Below, piece by piece: positions 1 to 8,762 of a stretch of DNA of 64,000 bases; position 1 is the stretch's first letter; every line of letters starts with the position of its first letter. Source of the stretch: Verrucomicrobiota bacterium (GTDB lineage Bacteria > Verrucomicrobiota > Verrucomicrobiia > Limisphaerales > UBA11358). Under the pieces are notes generated by a model. It was not told where the DNA came from, did no database searches, and saw only the letters and a program-made list of their open reading frames with translations. Location: NCBI GenBank assembly GCA_049521735.1, contig JBEKON010000002.1:5149-69148 (forward strand), given 5' to 3'. The position numbers and the translations under genes were made by a program.

Positions 1-1526
1 GCATTGCGCATGGCCATGGATTTGTTGACCGTTTCCTGAAATTCGCCTTCGGGCGTCGAATCGCTCACCCAGCCGCCACCGGCTTGCACGTAAGCTTTTC
101 CGTCCTTGAGCAAGGCGGTGCGCAGGGTGATGCACGTGTCCAAATTTCCGTTGAATGAAAAATAGCCGACGCAGCCGGCATACGGTCCACGCGCGGTCTG
201 TTCGAGCTCGGAAATAATCTGCATGGCGCGGATTTTCGGCGCGCCGCTGACGGTGCCCGCCGGGAACGTGGCACGCATCAAATCATAAGGCGTTTTGTCG
301 GCGGAAAGTTTTCCTTCGACTTGTGTCACGATGTGCATGACGTGGCTGTAACGCTCGATGGTCATCAGTTCCTTTACCTGCACGCTGCCAAAAGCGCAGA
401 CGCGCCCGATGTCGTTGCGCGCGAGATCCACGAGCATGACGTGTTCGGCGCGTTCCTTCGGATCAGCGAGCAATTCCTTTTCCAAAGCCAAATCTTCCTC
501 CTCATTTTTTCCACGCCGTCGCGTTCCGGCAATCGGGCGGATTTCAACCTTGCCGTCCTCGCAACGCACATGGATTTCCGGTGACGCGCCCACGAGCGAG
601 AAACCGTCCAGCTCCAGCAAAAACATATACGGCGACGGATTGATGGAACGCACCGCGCGGTAAACATCAATGGGCGACACCTTGGTTGTTATGGAAAAGC
701 GATGGGAACCCACGACCTGAATAATATCTCCCGCCGTGATGTATTCCTTGGCCTTGAGGACGTTGGCGTAAAACTTTTCCTCCGGCATGTTCGATTCGAA
801 TGCTACCGCCGGCATTGCGTCCGGCACGCTCACCGGATTGTGCTCGCTCGGCTGTTCGAGCAGCGACACCAGCCGCTCCACTTCCGCGACGGCATTTTCG
901 TAAGCTTCAGTTGGATTCGCAGCATCATCAAGGAACGCGTTGACCAAAACGATGATGGTTTGCGCCACACGATCGAAAATGAGCAATTGGTCGGCGACGA
1001 GGAAAACCATCGTGGGCGTGCCCAATTCATCCTTTGGCGGACGCGGCACAACCGGCTCGATATCATGAATGAATTCGTATCCGATGAAGCCGACCGCGCC
1101 GCCGGTGAACCGGGGCAGACCGGGCAACGAAACCGCGTGATATTTCTTCATCACGCGTTCGACAACGACCAGGCCGTCCGTGACCTGGTAGGGCGCGCTG
1201 TCCCCAGCGCGCCGTGGTTCGGCGGGCAGAGGACTGCCCGCCCTACCTGTGATTTCGAATGATTCGACAACTTTCCCATTTTCAATGACTTCAACGCGGT
1301 CGCCGGTTTGTTTGATGACGGCGCGCGGATTGCAACCGACAAACGAGTAGCGTCCCAGATGTTCGCCGCCTTCGACCGACTCGAACAGGAACGATTCACC
1401 CTGTCCGCGGATTTTCCGATAGGCCGAGAGCGGCGTTTCAATGTCGGCCAGCAGGCGGCACGTGACGGAAATCACGTTGCCCTGCGCGGCCAGCTTCAAA
1501 AATTCATCGAGCGTTGGCGAATACAT
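1..1526 (-). CDS. trpE: anthranilate synthase component I (3' end runs off the left edge of the window)
   Basis: The reverse-strand frame is open from the ATG at 1526 to position 1. It is absent from the ORF track because there is no stop in the window. My translation starts [21 protein letters not shown]. It contains [43 protein letters not shown] and the C-terminal [15 protein letters not shown] block typical of chorismate-binding TrpE. Confidence 0.9.
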   Translation of the reverse strand, partial: MYSPTLDEFLKLAAQGNVISVTCRLLADIETPLSAYRKIRGQGESFLFESVEGGEHLGRYSFVGCNPRAVIKQTGDRVEVIENGKVVESFEITGRAGSPLPAEPRRAGDSAPYQVTDGLVVVERVMKKYHAVSLPGLPRFTGGAVGFIGYEFIHDIEPVVPRPPKDELGTPTMVFLVADQLLIFDRVAQTIIVLVNAFLDDAANPTEAYENAVAEVERLVSLLEQPSEHNPVSVPDAMPAVAFESNMPEEKFYANVLKAKEYITAGDIIQVVGSHRFSITTKVSPIDVYRAVRSINPSPYMFLLELDGFSLVGASPEIHVRCEDGKVEIRPIAGTRRRGKNEEEDLALEKELLADPKERAEHVMLVDLARNDIGRVCAFGSVQVKELMTIERYSHVMHIVTQVEGKLSADKTPYDLMRATFPAGTVSGAPKIRAMQIISELEQTARGPYAGCVGYFSFNGNLDTCITLRTALLKDGKAYVQAGGGWVSDSTPEGEFQETVNKSMAMRN

Positions 1527-1593
1527 GCGGTTGGCAGCTTAAACGGTTTGGTCGGCACCACAAAATGTTTCTTCGTTCAACATCCCGCCCGAT

Positions 1594-1983
1594 TCATTTT
1601 TTCTTGTAGATTTGTTCCGGCGTTTTGACTTGCGGCTCTGTTATTTTGAATGACTTGCCGCCGCTTTCGACCGAGCGGAAAAAGCACGATTTGTAACCTT
1701 CATGACACGCCACGCCGGTTTGTTCCACTTGAATGAGCAATACGTCGCCATCACAGTCAAAGGCAATGTCCTTGACCTGCTGCACGTGGCCGCTGGTTTC
1801 ACCCTTCATCCATAATTTCTGGCGTGAGCGGCTCCAGAAATGCGTCTTGCCAGTGGCGACGGTCTTTTCCAGCGAGGCGCGGTTCATCCACGCCATCATC
1901 AGGACGCGACCGGTGCCTTGTTCCTGAATGATGGCGGGAATCAGGCCGTTCGAATCAAACTTCAATTTATCGTAAAAGCTCAT
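1594..1983 (-). CDS. hisI: phosphoribosyl-AMP cyclohydrolase
   Basis: 129-aa [52 protein letters not shown] and DCDGDVLL are the PRA-CH signature blocks. Confidence 0.9.
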   Translation of the reverse strand: MSFYDKLKFDSNGLIPAIIQEQGTGRVLMMAWMNRASLEKTVATGKTHFWSRSRQKLWMKGETSGHVQQVKDIAFDCDGDVLLIQVEQTGVACHEGYKSCFFRSVESGGKSFKITEPQVKTPEQIYKKK

Positions 1984-1999
1984 GCCACATTCATTTCAC

Positions 2000-2023
2000 C
2001 ACAAAGACACAAAGGCACAAAGC
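2000..2023. repeat. (CACAAAGN)x3 octanucleotide array, intergenic between the TPR gene and hisI
   Basis: cacaaaga cacaaagg cacaaagc. A near copy (ccacaaagacacaaaacgcacaaag) lies inside mutL at 55594-55618. Confidence 0.9.
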
Positions 2024-2071
2024 TGAAAAACGCGGAATACAAGGAAAGCCTGAGGTTCCAGAAAGCTTTCT

Positions 2072-3076
2072 TCATTCCGCCTTTGGCGATGAATTGGTTG
2101 GAGCAGTAACATTCGTTGAAGTGTTTACAGCACTCGCATTCGTCGCCTTGTTTTCACGCCAGGTAATGGCGCGTTCGAGGGTGTGTTTGAGATCGGAGTA
2201 GTTCGCATTGGTGACCGCATCCAGTTGCGCGCGGGCTTCGGCGAAACGTCCGGCCAGCATTTTGGTTCGGGCGAGATGGATATAAACACCCTCACGCTCG
2301 ATGTCGTTGTGGGCGATTTGAAGCGCGTTGCTCCAGGCCGCAAGCATTTCGTTGGTGCGGAGCGGGCGGATTTCGTAGTAACTGTCCGCATAATCGGTCG
2401 CGAGCCGGAAATTCTCAGGGTCGAGTTGCATGGCCTTGCGATAGAGCGCGAGTGACTTGTCAAAAACCTGTTGCTCGTTGATGTGGTAAAACTCCCTTGC
2501 GTCCTTCCGGTAAAGATAAACCACCGTCGCGAAATTTTCGTAATACACCGGTTCGATCGGATTCAACTCAATTGCTTTGGCGTAATCCGTGAAGGCGTTC
2601 GTGAGCAAGCCGTTTTCGCAGTAATAGTTGGCGAGATTGTTCCAAGCCGCCGGATTTTTTGGGTCGAGCTGGCTGGCCTTTTCGTTGTGCCGCATGGCGG
2701 CTTCTTCCTCGCCGATGTCATTCAAAAAACTGCCATAGGCGACGTGTCCGCTTGCAGAGTCCGGATAACGCCGCAAAAAATCTTCGTAGCCTTTGCGGAC
2801 AACGTTCAGCCGGGCCATGATGCGCCGGTTCAATGCTTCCTTCGACTCGCCCGCGCCTTGTGCTGCGAACGCATTATTGTCCCGGATCCATTTGCTCACC
2901 TCCGCTTGCGCCGCGTCATCCGCGGCCATCAATTCATCCAATTCCGTTTCTGCAAGATTATTGGAATTGGAAATCGAAACCGGGATGCTGGTGCTTTGCT
3001 GGATGACGTTGCTGGCCGCCGACGCCTGGTTCATTGCCACCAGCGTGCCCAAAAGCCCGATTAAAAGCCCATTCAC
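2072..3076 (-). CDS. secreted TPR-repeat protein
   Basis: 334-aa ORF with an N-terminal signal-like segment (MNGLLIGLLGTLVAMNQASAAS). It has several 34-aa TPR-like units, e.g. AWNNLANYYCENGLLTNAFTDYAKAIELNP and ALYRKAMQLDPEN. Confidence 0.7.
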   Translation of the reverse strand: MNGLLIGLLGTLVAMNQASAASNVIQQSTSIPVSISNSNNLAETELDELMAADDAAQAEVSKWIRDNNAFAAQGAGESKEALNRRIMARLNVVRKGYEDFLRRYPDSASGHVAYGSFLNDIGEEEAAMRHNEKASQLDPKNPAAWNNLANYYCENGLLTNAFTDYAKAIELNPIEPVYYENFATVVYLYRKDAREFYHINEQQVFDKSLALYRKAMQLDPENFRLATDYADSYYEIRPLRTNEMLAAWSNALQIAHNDIEREGVYIHLARTKMLAGRFAEARAQLDAVTNANYSDLKHTLERAITWRENKATNASAVNTSTNVTAPTNSSPKAE

Positions 3077-3143
3077 GCTAACAACGTATCATTTTGGCGC
3101 GGCGAGTCGAGGAGCAAGCCGGCTTCGCGCAAATATTTTCCGG

Positions 3144-4406
3144 CTAAGCAGCCAGGGCAATCCAGGCGATGAGTCCGGCCAGCGCGGCCAACGTCACGGG
3201 AATGCCCAATCGGGCAAAATCCCAGAAGGAAATTTTGATGCCCAGCGCCCGCGCTTGTTGGACCACGATGATGTTGGACACGCTGCCAATGATGATAAGG
3301 CTTCCGCCAAAGCTGTTGGCCAGCGCCAGAATGTAAGCCGCGGCGGGCTGCGAAAGGTTGATGACTTTGAGCAGCAGCATCACGGCCGCCGAATTGCTAA
3401 TCAGATTGGACAACCCCGCTGTTGTCAGAGCCAGAGTGACTGGAGCGTTGAGATTGAATCCGCCGTGCGCCAGCCATTGCATGGTCTGGTCGCCGTAGCC
3501 GGCGGATTGAAAAGCGCCGGTGACGACGAACAGTCCCATGAACAAAACAAGAATTGGCCAGTCCACCAACCCCAGCAAATCATCGGTGCGAAACTTGGTG
3601 CTCGCCAAATGAATGCCGGCGGCGGCAAGGGCGATGATTTCCTTGGGCAACGGCGAGAAAAACAGGCCGATGACCACCGCGAGAATGATCAGTCCCTTGA
3701 TCGTGTGAAGCCGATTGAACGGATAGACTTGATATTTCAATTCATCCGGGGCGGGCAAAGAAGATTGCAACGTTTTGCGCGAGAGTATCCAGATGATTCC
3801 GTAAGCGGCGGCCATGGCAAAAATGACCGGGACGCTGCTCCAAAACAGATAACGGCCAAAACTGAGGTGAGCGACCTGTCCAATCATCATGTCCTGCGGA
3901 TTGCCAATGAGCGTCGCCGCCCCGCCGATGTTGCTCGAAATCGCCAGCGCGATCAAAAATGGGACGGGATTGATTTGTTTGCGCAGAAGCGCGGCCCCGG
4001 CGATCGGCGCAAAGACGTAGCAAACGATGTCGTGATTGAGGAAGGCGGACAGCCCGCCGGTCACCGCCATCAGGACAAGTAGAAACCATGCAGGATGTCC
4101 GAGTCGCGCCGCAATGCCATTGGCCACTTTGTCATAAAATCCTGACAATCGGAGTTGGGCTGAAATGACAAAGAATCCGAAGAGCAGAAAAATGGTCGGC
4201 CAGTTGATGCAGGAAACGACATCGGTTGTGCCAATGCCGCTAAAAATCATCATGGCAATGGCGCCCAGCAGCACAATGCCCGCGCGATTGAGTTTCAATC
4301 CCGGCACACGCCCCATCGCAATTCCAACGTAAGTGACGGCAAAAATAACCAAAATGGCTGACTTCGGATGAGAAACGGCAGCGGTGGCGGCAATCATGTC
4401 GGTCAT
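3144..4406 (-). CDS. ArsB/NhaD-superfamily anion permease (CitMHS/YbiR-like)
   Basis: 420-aa polytopic membrane ORF. Its two-fold repeated hydrophobic architecture and motifs such as SSNIGGAATLIGNPQDMMIG and ANSFGGSLIIIGSVSNIIV are typical of this permease superfamily. The substrate cannot be inferred. Confidence 0.65.
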   Translation of the reverse strand: MTDMIAATAAVSHPKSAILVIFAVTYVGIAMGRVPGLKLNRAGIVLLGAIAMMIFSGIGTTDVVSCINWPTIFLLFGFFVISAQLRLSGFYDKVANGIAARLGHPAWFLLVLMAVTGGLSAFLNHDIVCYVFAPIAGAALLRKQINPVPFLIALAISSNIGGAATLIGNPQDMMIGQVAHLSFGRYLFWSSVPVIFAMAAAYGIIWILSRKTLQSSLPAPDELKYQVYPFNRLHTIKGLIILAVVIGLFFSPLPKEIIALAAAGIHLASTKFRTDDLLGLVDWPILVLFMGLFVVTGAFQSAGYGDQTMQWLAHGGFNLNAPVTLALTTAGLSNLISNSAAVMLLLKVINLSQPAAAYILALANSFGGSLIIIGSVSNIIVVQQARALGIKISFWDFARLGIPVTLAALAGLIAWIALAA

Positions 4407-4579
4407 GACAATTTTTTATTTCACCGGCAATTTATGAATGGATTGTAATGCCTCGGATTTGATTTTCACTGTCTAATCAACGGGCGTTGAAAGACAATAC
4501 TTACATCTCCGGTGTGTTTTCAACACCGCACACATGATTCCCGGTTTTCCACCTTGGGCTGTGATCGGCGCGGAGGCGC

Positions 4580-4870
4580 TTACTTCACATGCCGCACCAT
4601 ATTTTTGCCACCGAAAGGATTCGGCTCATGGAGAGTGCATTCCGGATCATCACTCCACTGACCGTCCACAAGGAAGCGATAGTGATGTGTTCCCGGCTTC
4701 AACTCGACTACAATCCACCACACGCCATCCAGGCCTTTTTGCAGGTTGATGGGACATTCCTCCCACCGCGTGAAGTCGCCGACCAATTGCACGCTTAGTG
4801 CGCTTGGTGCGCTGAACGAGAAGGTTTGTTTTCGGGTGTTGCCGCCGCTTTTCATCATTTTCTTTAACAT
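4580..4870 (-). CDS. stand-alone glycogen-binding (CBM48 / AMPK-beta GBD-like) domain protein
   Basis: 96-aa ORF. VQLVGDFTRWEECPINLQKGLDGVWWIVVELKPGTHHYRFLVDGQWSDDP matches the CBM48 pattern (V.L.GDF..W..., G.W...L.PG.H.Y.F.VDG.W..DP). Confidence 0.6.
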   Translation of the reverse strand: MLKKMMKSGGNTRKQTFSFSAPSALSVQLVGDFTRWEECPINLQKGLDGVWWIVVELKPGTHHYRFLVDGQWSDDPECTLHEPNPFGGKNMVRHVK

Positions 4871-5367
4871 AAGTTTCCCACTTTCTATGCGCCCATTATG
4901 TCACGGACGTTTTATTGTTTGTCCATTCTTACGAAAAGCAACTCTGACTTCTGCACAAGACTGAACAAGTCTGTGCCCCACTCGGACGGTGGCGCAGGGC
5001 GGGCCCAACCATTTCGTGTGCGTCTTACCCGGTCTGTGCCGCGCGACGAGAATCACCGCCGCGAGAAACACATATCCGCAAAGTCAGCTTTCGCCACTCG
5101 CATCCTAGGCCTGAAACAGCGCCAACGCAAACCCCAAAAGACCTTACTCGTTGATGCCCCAATGACGTGGCGGGCGCGACGACTCTGTAAACAATTCAAG
5201 CGTTGGCACAACAGGTTTAGGCGGCTGTTTCTGCTGCCACAACCTATGGACAAAATCCATCGAATCCCCGTCATCCCGCAAAATGCGGCTGCCCGGAAAA
5301 GGCAGATCGTGCCTTTCCGCGAACTCTTTCAGTTCGCGCCAAACAGATTTCAATCCGGGGTGGGAAC

Positions 5368-5823
5368 CTACTGCGCCTTGGGCTTCACCAAATCGTGCGG
5401 ATAAATCTTGATGACGTAATAAACGGCTTGGTTGGTGCCCGGGTTCCGCAGGCCGTGTATTTCGTTCGATGCCTGAAAGATGATTCCACCCGCCTCCACG
5501 CGGTTGGTCTGGCCATTTTGCATCGCCTCCAGAACGCCTTCCTTGACGATGAGCACTTCCTCCTCCGGGTGTTGGTGCGCCGGGTGCGGCGCTTCGCCCG
5601 GATTGAGCGTGGTGACGTGACACTCCAGCCGGTCGAGCGTGGCGGTGCGCGCGTCAAAGCACTCCCGCCGCGAACCGGCCTTCGTCGGCTCGGCCTTGAA
5701 GCCGGCCCAGCTGAAAACCGACGCGTGCATCACCGGTTGGGCCGATGATTGGGCCCACGCCACAACCGCAGCCGCGGTAACGAGGGCAGCCACAGTCACG
5801 ATAAGATTTTTTCGGGTAATCAT
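5368..5823 (-). CDS. secreted cupin-domain protein
   Basis: 151-aa ORF with a signal-like N-terminus (LIVTVAALVTAAAVVAWAQS). It carries the cupin metal motif region PHPAHQHPEEEVLIVKEGVLE...IHGLRN. Confidence 0.65.
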   Translation of the reverse strand: MITRKNLIVTVAALVTAAAVVAWAQSSAQPVMHASVFSWAGFKAEPTKAGSRRECFDARTATLDRLECHVTTLNPGEAPHPAHQHPEEEVLIVKEGVLEAMQNGQTNRVEAGGIIFQASNEIHGLRNPGTNQAVYYVIKIYPHDLVKPKAQ

Positions 5824-5877
5824 GGGTGTATTTCCGCCGTAAAACGCCGACAGGTCAAGCGCAGAGATGTGTGCCCC

Positions 5878-6723
5878 TTACACTTCCTTCACCACGCCCC
5901 AATAAACGTCGAGCTGTTTTCCGAGAAAAAGTTTCACGGCTTTGACGAGCACGCCGGCTTCGAGTTGCTGGCCGCGCGCGACGAGTTCCTTGAGCGACAT
6001 GCCGGGACGAATCTGGAACGAGTCCTGCGCGATGATCGGTCCTTCGTCCAGCCGCATCGAAACGAAGTGTGCCGTGGTGCCGGCGATTTTCACGCCCTGC
6101 TCATACGCCTGCCGATACGCCTGCGGGCCGGGAAAACTTGGCAGCAACGACGGATGGACGTTGATGATTTTGTTTTTGTAACGCCACACGAAATTCGGCG
6201 AGAGAATTTTCATGAACCGCGCCAGCACGATGAAATCAATTTCGTGCTGTTCAAGCAAACGCAGGGCGCGCGTTTCAGCTTTGGCGCGGTCGTTCCATGG
6301 GATGTGCGCGAACGGCAGCTTGAATTTTCTTGCAAGCGACGCAAGGTCAGGGCGGTTGCTCAAAACGAGAAGCGGGTCGGCCTTGATTTCGCGGCGGCGG
6401 TATGCGGCCATGAGCGCCTCGAAGCAGTGCATTTCCTTTGTGACCACGATGGCAAAGCGCTGACGGCGGCGCGGGTCGGTCCAGCGAAGTTTGATTTCCA
6501 TGCCGAGCTGTTTGGCAAGCGCGTCGAGACCGGCATGGAGTTTTGCGATGTTACAATCGCTGGCGTGCCATGAAGCCTGGAGCGTCATGCTGAACTGTCC
6601 GCGCGTGACTTGTTCTTCGAGCGCCTCAATGTTGGCCTTTTGTTGGAAAAGAAAAGCGGTGACGCGGGCGATGACGCCGGTTTTGTCACGCCCGATGACG
6701 GTGACGGTGGCGAATTGTTTCAC
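5878..6723 (-). CDS. purU: formyltetrahydrofolate deformylase
   Basis: 281-aa ORF. It has an N-terminal ACT-like domain (VTVIGRDKTGVIARVTAFL) followed by a formyltransferase core (IINVHPSLLPSFPGPQAYRQAYEQGVKIAGTTAHFVSMRLDEGPIIAQ). Confidence 0.9.
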   Translation of the reverse strand: MKQFATVTVIGRDKTGVIARVTAFLFQQKANIEALEEQVTRGQFSMTLQASWHASDCNIAKLHAGLDALAKQLGMEIKLRWTDPRRRQRFAIVVTKEMHCFEALMAAYRRREIKADPLLVLSNRPDLASLARKFKLPFAHIPWNDRAKAETRALRLLEQHEIDFIVLARFMKILSPNFVWRYKNKIINVHPSLLPSFPGPQAYRQAYEQGVKIAGTTAHFVSMRLDEGPIIAQDSFQIRPGMSLKELVARGQQLEAGVLVKAVKLFLGKQLDVYWGVVKEV

Positions 6724-6897
6724 GGTAAAACCAAGACATGAATTACACTAATTGGCTCGAATTGAAATTCATTTTTACAGGATAAATTTACTGGAATTCG
6801 TGAAAATTCGCATTTAGCCGTTCTACAGTCCGGGTTTGTCAATCTTCCGGGATTCCGCAACTTTTCACGGTTTTGGCTGTTAAACCCAGAGCAACAA

Positions 6898-8649
6898 ATG
6901 GCCTTTAGCTCCGTAAGAAATCTTGTCGCGTCGGTTGCCGAAGCCGCTCCCGATCAATTCGACGACTGGCGCAAGGCATGGCGCGCGGCGGTGGACAATG
7001 GTTCGCAAGAGCCATTGCTGGTATTCATTGCACGCGAGCGCGGCCTGGCGGAGGACGTTTTTCTTCTGCGGCTGGCGAAGGCACTCGGCTGGCCGTTTGT
7101 GGATTTGCACAAATATATGATTCCAACAGAGGCGCGCGGCAAAATTTCCACGAAGGTCGCCTTTCAATACTCCGTGCTGCCGGCTGCCGTGAACAACGGC
7201 ACGTTGCAGGTTGTCGTCAGCGATCCATTCAACGCGGCGATGATGAACGCGGTGCAGTTCGACGCGCACATGCCGGTCCAGTTCGCGCTCGCGCCGAAAA
7301 CCGAAATTGAAAAGGCGCTCAAAAAATACTACGGCGTCGGCGCGGAAACGCTCGACGAACTCGGCGAAAGTGAGCCGATGGAATTGGAAATCGCCAGCGA
7401 CAAGGAAATCACCGAGGACGATCAGGAAGCCAGCGTCATCAAATTCGTCAACCAAATCATTTGGGAGGCGTTCAAGGACCGCGCGACAGACATCCACTTC
7501 GAACCAGCGGAGGACGAGTTGCGCATCCGTTACCGCATTGACGGCATTTTGCATCAGACGCCGATGCCGCCGCAACTCAAGCGCTTTCAGGCCGCGCTCA
7601 TTTCGCGCATCAAAGTGATGAGTGGCATGAACATTTCGGAAAAACGCCTGCCGCAGGATGGCCGCATCAACGTCCGCATCAAAGGCGAGGAAATTGACAT
7701 CCGGGTTTCGACCGTGCCAACGGTTTATGGCGAAAGCGTTTCGCTGCGTTTGCTGACACGCGGGAAAATCTTCTTGAGCCTCGACAAACTGGGTTTCGCG
7801 CCAAACGACGAGGCGATGATTCGCGACATCATTATCAAGCCGCACGGCATTTTCCTTGTCACCGGTCCGACCGGTTCGGGCAAATCCACGTCGCTTTATG
7901 CCTTTTTGAGCGCGATCAATTCGGTTCACAAACGCATCATCACCATCGAGGAACCAGTCGAATACGAACTCAAAGGCATCAACCAAATTGCGGTGCGGCC
8001 GGAAATCGGTCTGACGTTTGCGATGGGTTTGCGCCACATTTTGCGCCAGGACCCGAACATCATCATGGTCGGCGAAATCCGCGACCTGGAGACCGCCGAA
8101 ATCGCCATTCGGGCGTCGCTCACCGGCCACTTGGTGTTCAGCACGTTGCATACGAACGACGCGCCGAGCGCGTTCACGCGGCTCATTGACATGGGCATTG
8201 AGCCGTTTCTTGTGGCGTCGTCGGTCGAGGCCGTCATGGCGCAACGCCTCGTCCGCACGATTTGTCCGCACTGCAAAACGGAGCAGAAGGTCGAGCGCGA
8301 CTATTTGCAGAAAATCGGTTTCCCGGAAGATGAGATTGGCACGGCGAAATTCTGGCATGGCGCCGGTTGTGAAGATTGCCGGCAACTCGGTTATCAAGGC
8401 CGCAAGGGCATTTATGAATTGCTTATTCTTAATGAATCAATGCGCCCGCTGATTTTGAACCACGCGCCCTCCACGACGATTGCCCAAAAAGCCATCGAGC
8501 AGGGAATGCGCACACTCCGCACCGACGGCTGGACCAAGGTGAAGAACGGCGAGACGACCATCGAGGAGGTTCTGCGCGTCACGCAAATCGAGGAGCATCT
8601 GGACGCATTCGTCGGTGACACCAAAACTGAAATGTGGGTCAAGACATGA
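6898..8649 (+). CDS. type II secretion / type IV pilus assembly ATPase (GspE/PilB family)
   Basis: 583-aa ORF with an N-terminal T2SSE_N-like domain and a Walker A motif (VTGPTGSGKSTS). It has Asp/His boxes (IMVGEIRDLETA, GHLVFSTLHTND) and a tetracysteine cluster (CPHCK...CEDC). Confidence 0.9.
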   Translation: MAFSSVRNLVASVAEAAPDQFDDWRKAWRAAVDNGSQEPLLVFIARERGLAEDVFLLRLAKALGWPFVDLHKYMIPTEARGKISTKVAFQYSVLPAAVNNGTLQVVVSDPFNAAMMNAVQFDAHMPVQFALAPKTEIEKALKKYYGVGAETLDELGESEPMELEIASDKEITEDDQEASVIKFVNQIIWEAFKDRATDIHFEPAEDELRIRYRIDGILHQTPMPPQLKRFQAALISRIKVMSGMNISEKRLPQDGRINVRIKGEEIDIRVSTVPTVYGESVSLRLLTRGKIFLSLDKLGFAPNDEAMIRDIIIKPHGIFLVTGPTGSGKSTSLYAFLSAINSVHKRIITIEEPVEYELKGINQIAVRPEIGLTFAMGLRHILRQDPNIIMVGEIRDLETAEIAIRASLTGHLVFSTLHTNDAPSAFTRLIDMGIEPFLVASSVEAVMAQRLVRTICPHCKTEQKVERDYLQKIGFPEDEIGTAKFWHGAGCEDCRQLGYQGRKGIYELLILNESMRPLILNHAPSTTIAQKAIEQGMRTLRTDGWTKVKNGETTIEEVLRVTQIEEHLDAFVGDTKTEMWVKT

Positions 8650-8654
8650 TGAAA

Positions 8655-8689
8655 AGAATTGCGAATTGCGAATTGCGAATTGCGAATTG
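8655..8689. repeat. (GAATTGC)x5 perfect heptanucleotide tandem array, intergenic after the GspE-family gene
   Basis: Read directly: gaattgc gaattgc gaattgc gaattgc gaattgc. It is followed at 8724-8737 by (AATTCGG)x2, then gtttgaaattcaaa. Confidence 0.95.
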
Positions 8690-8762
8690 CCGGGGAAGCC
8701 AATTCCAGCGCGGTTTCTTTTTTAATTCGGAATTCGGAGTTTGAAATTCAAAATTTGCTGAT

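Noticed and set aside
2793-4082. 429-aa + strand ORF overlapping the TPR gene and the permease gene
   Set aside because: It is antisense to two well-supported minus-strand genes. The sequence is Arg/Gly/Gln-rich and has no membrane or enzymatic features.
4960-4992. Sigma-54-like GGCAC...TTG string on the minus strand upstream of the CBM48 gene
   Set aside because: The spacing between the GG and the would-be GC element is one nt short, and the -12 element reads TTGT rather than TTGC. No enhancer-binding-protein gene is nearby.
6880-8397. 505-aa ORF antisense to the GspE-family ATPase gene
   Set aside because: Its Arg/His/Asp-rich, low-information sequence has no motifs. The + strand frame carries Walker A/B, Asp/His boxes and a Zn cluster. 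This is a typical shadow ORF of GC-rich DNA.
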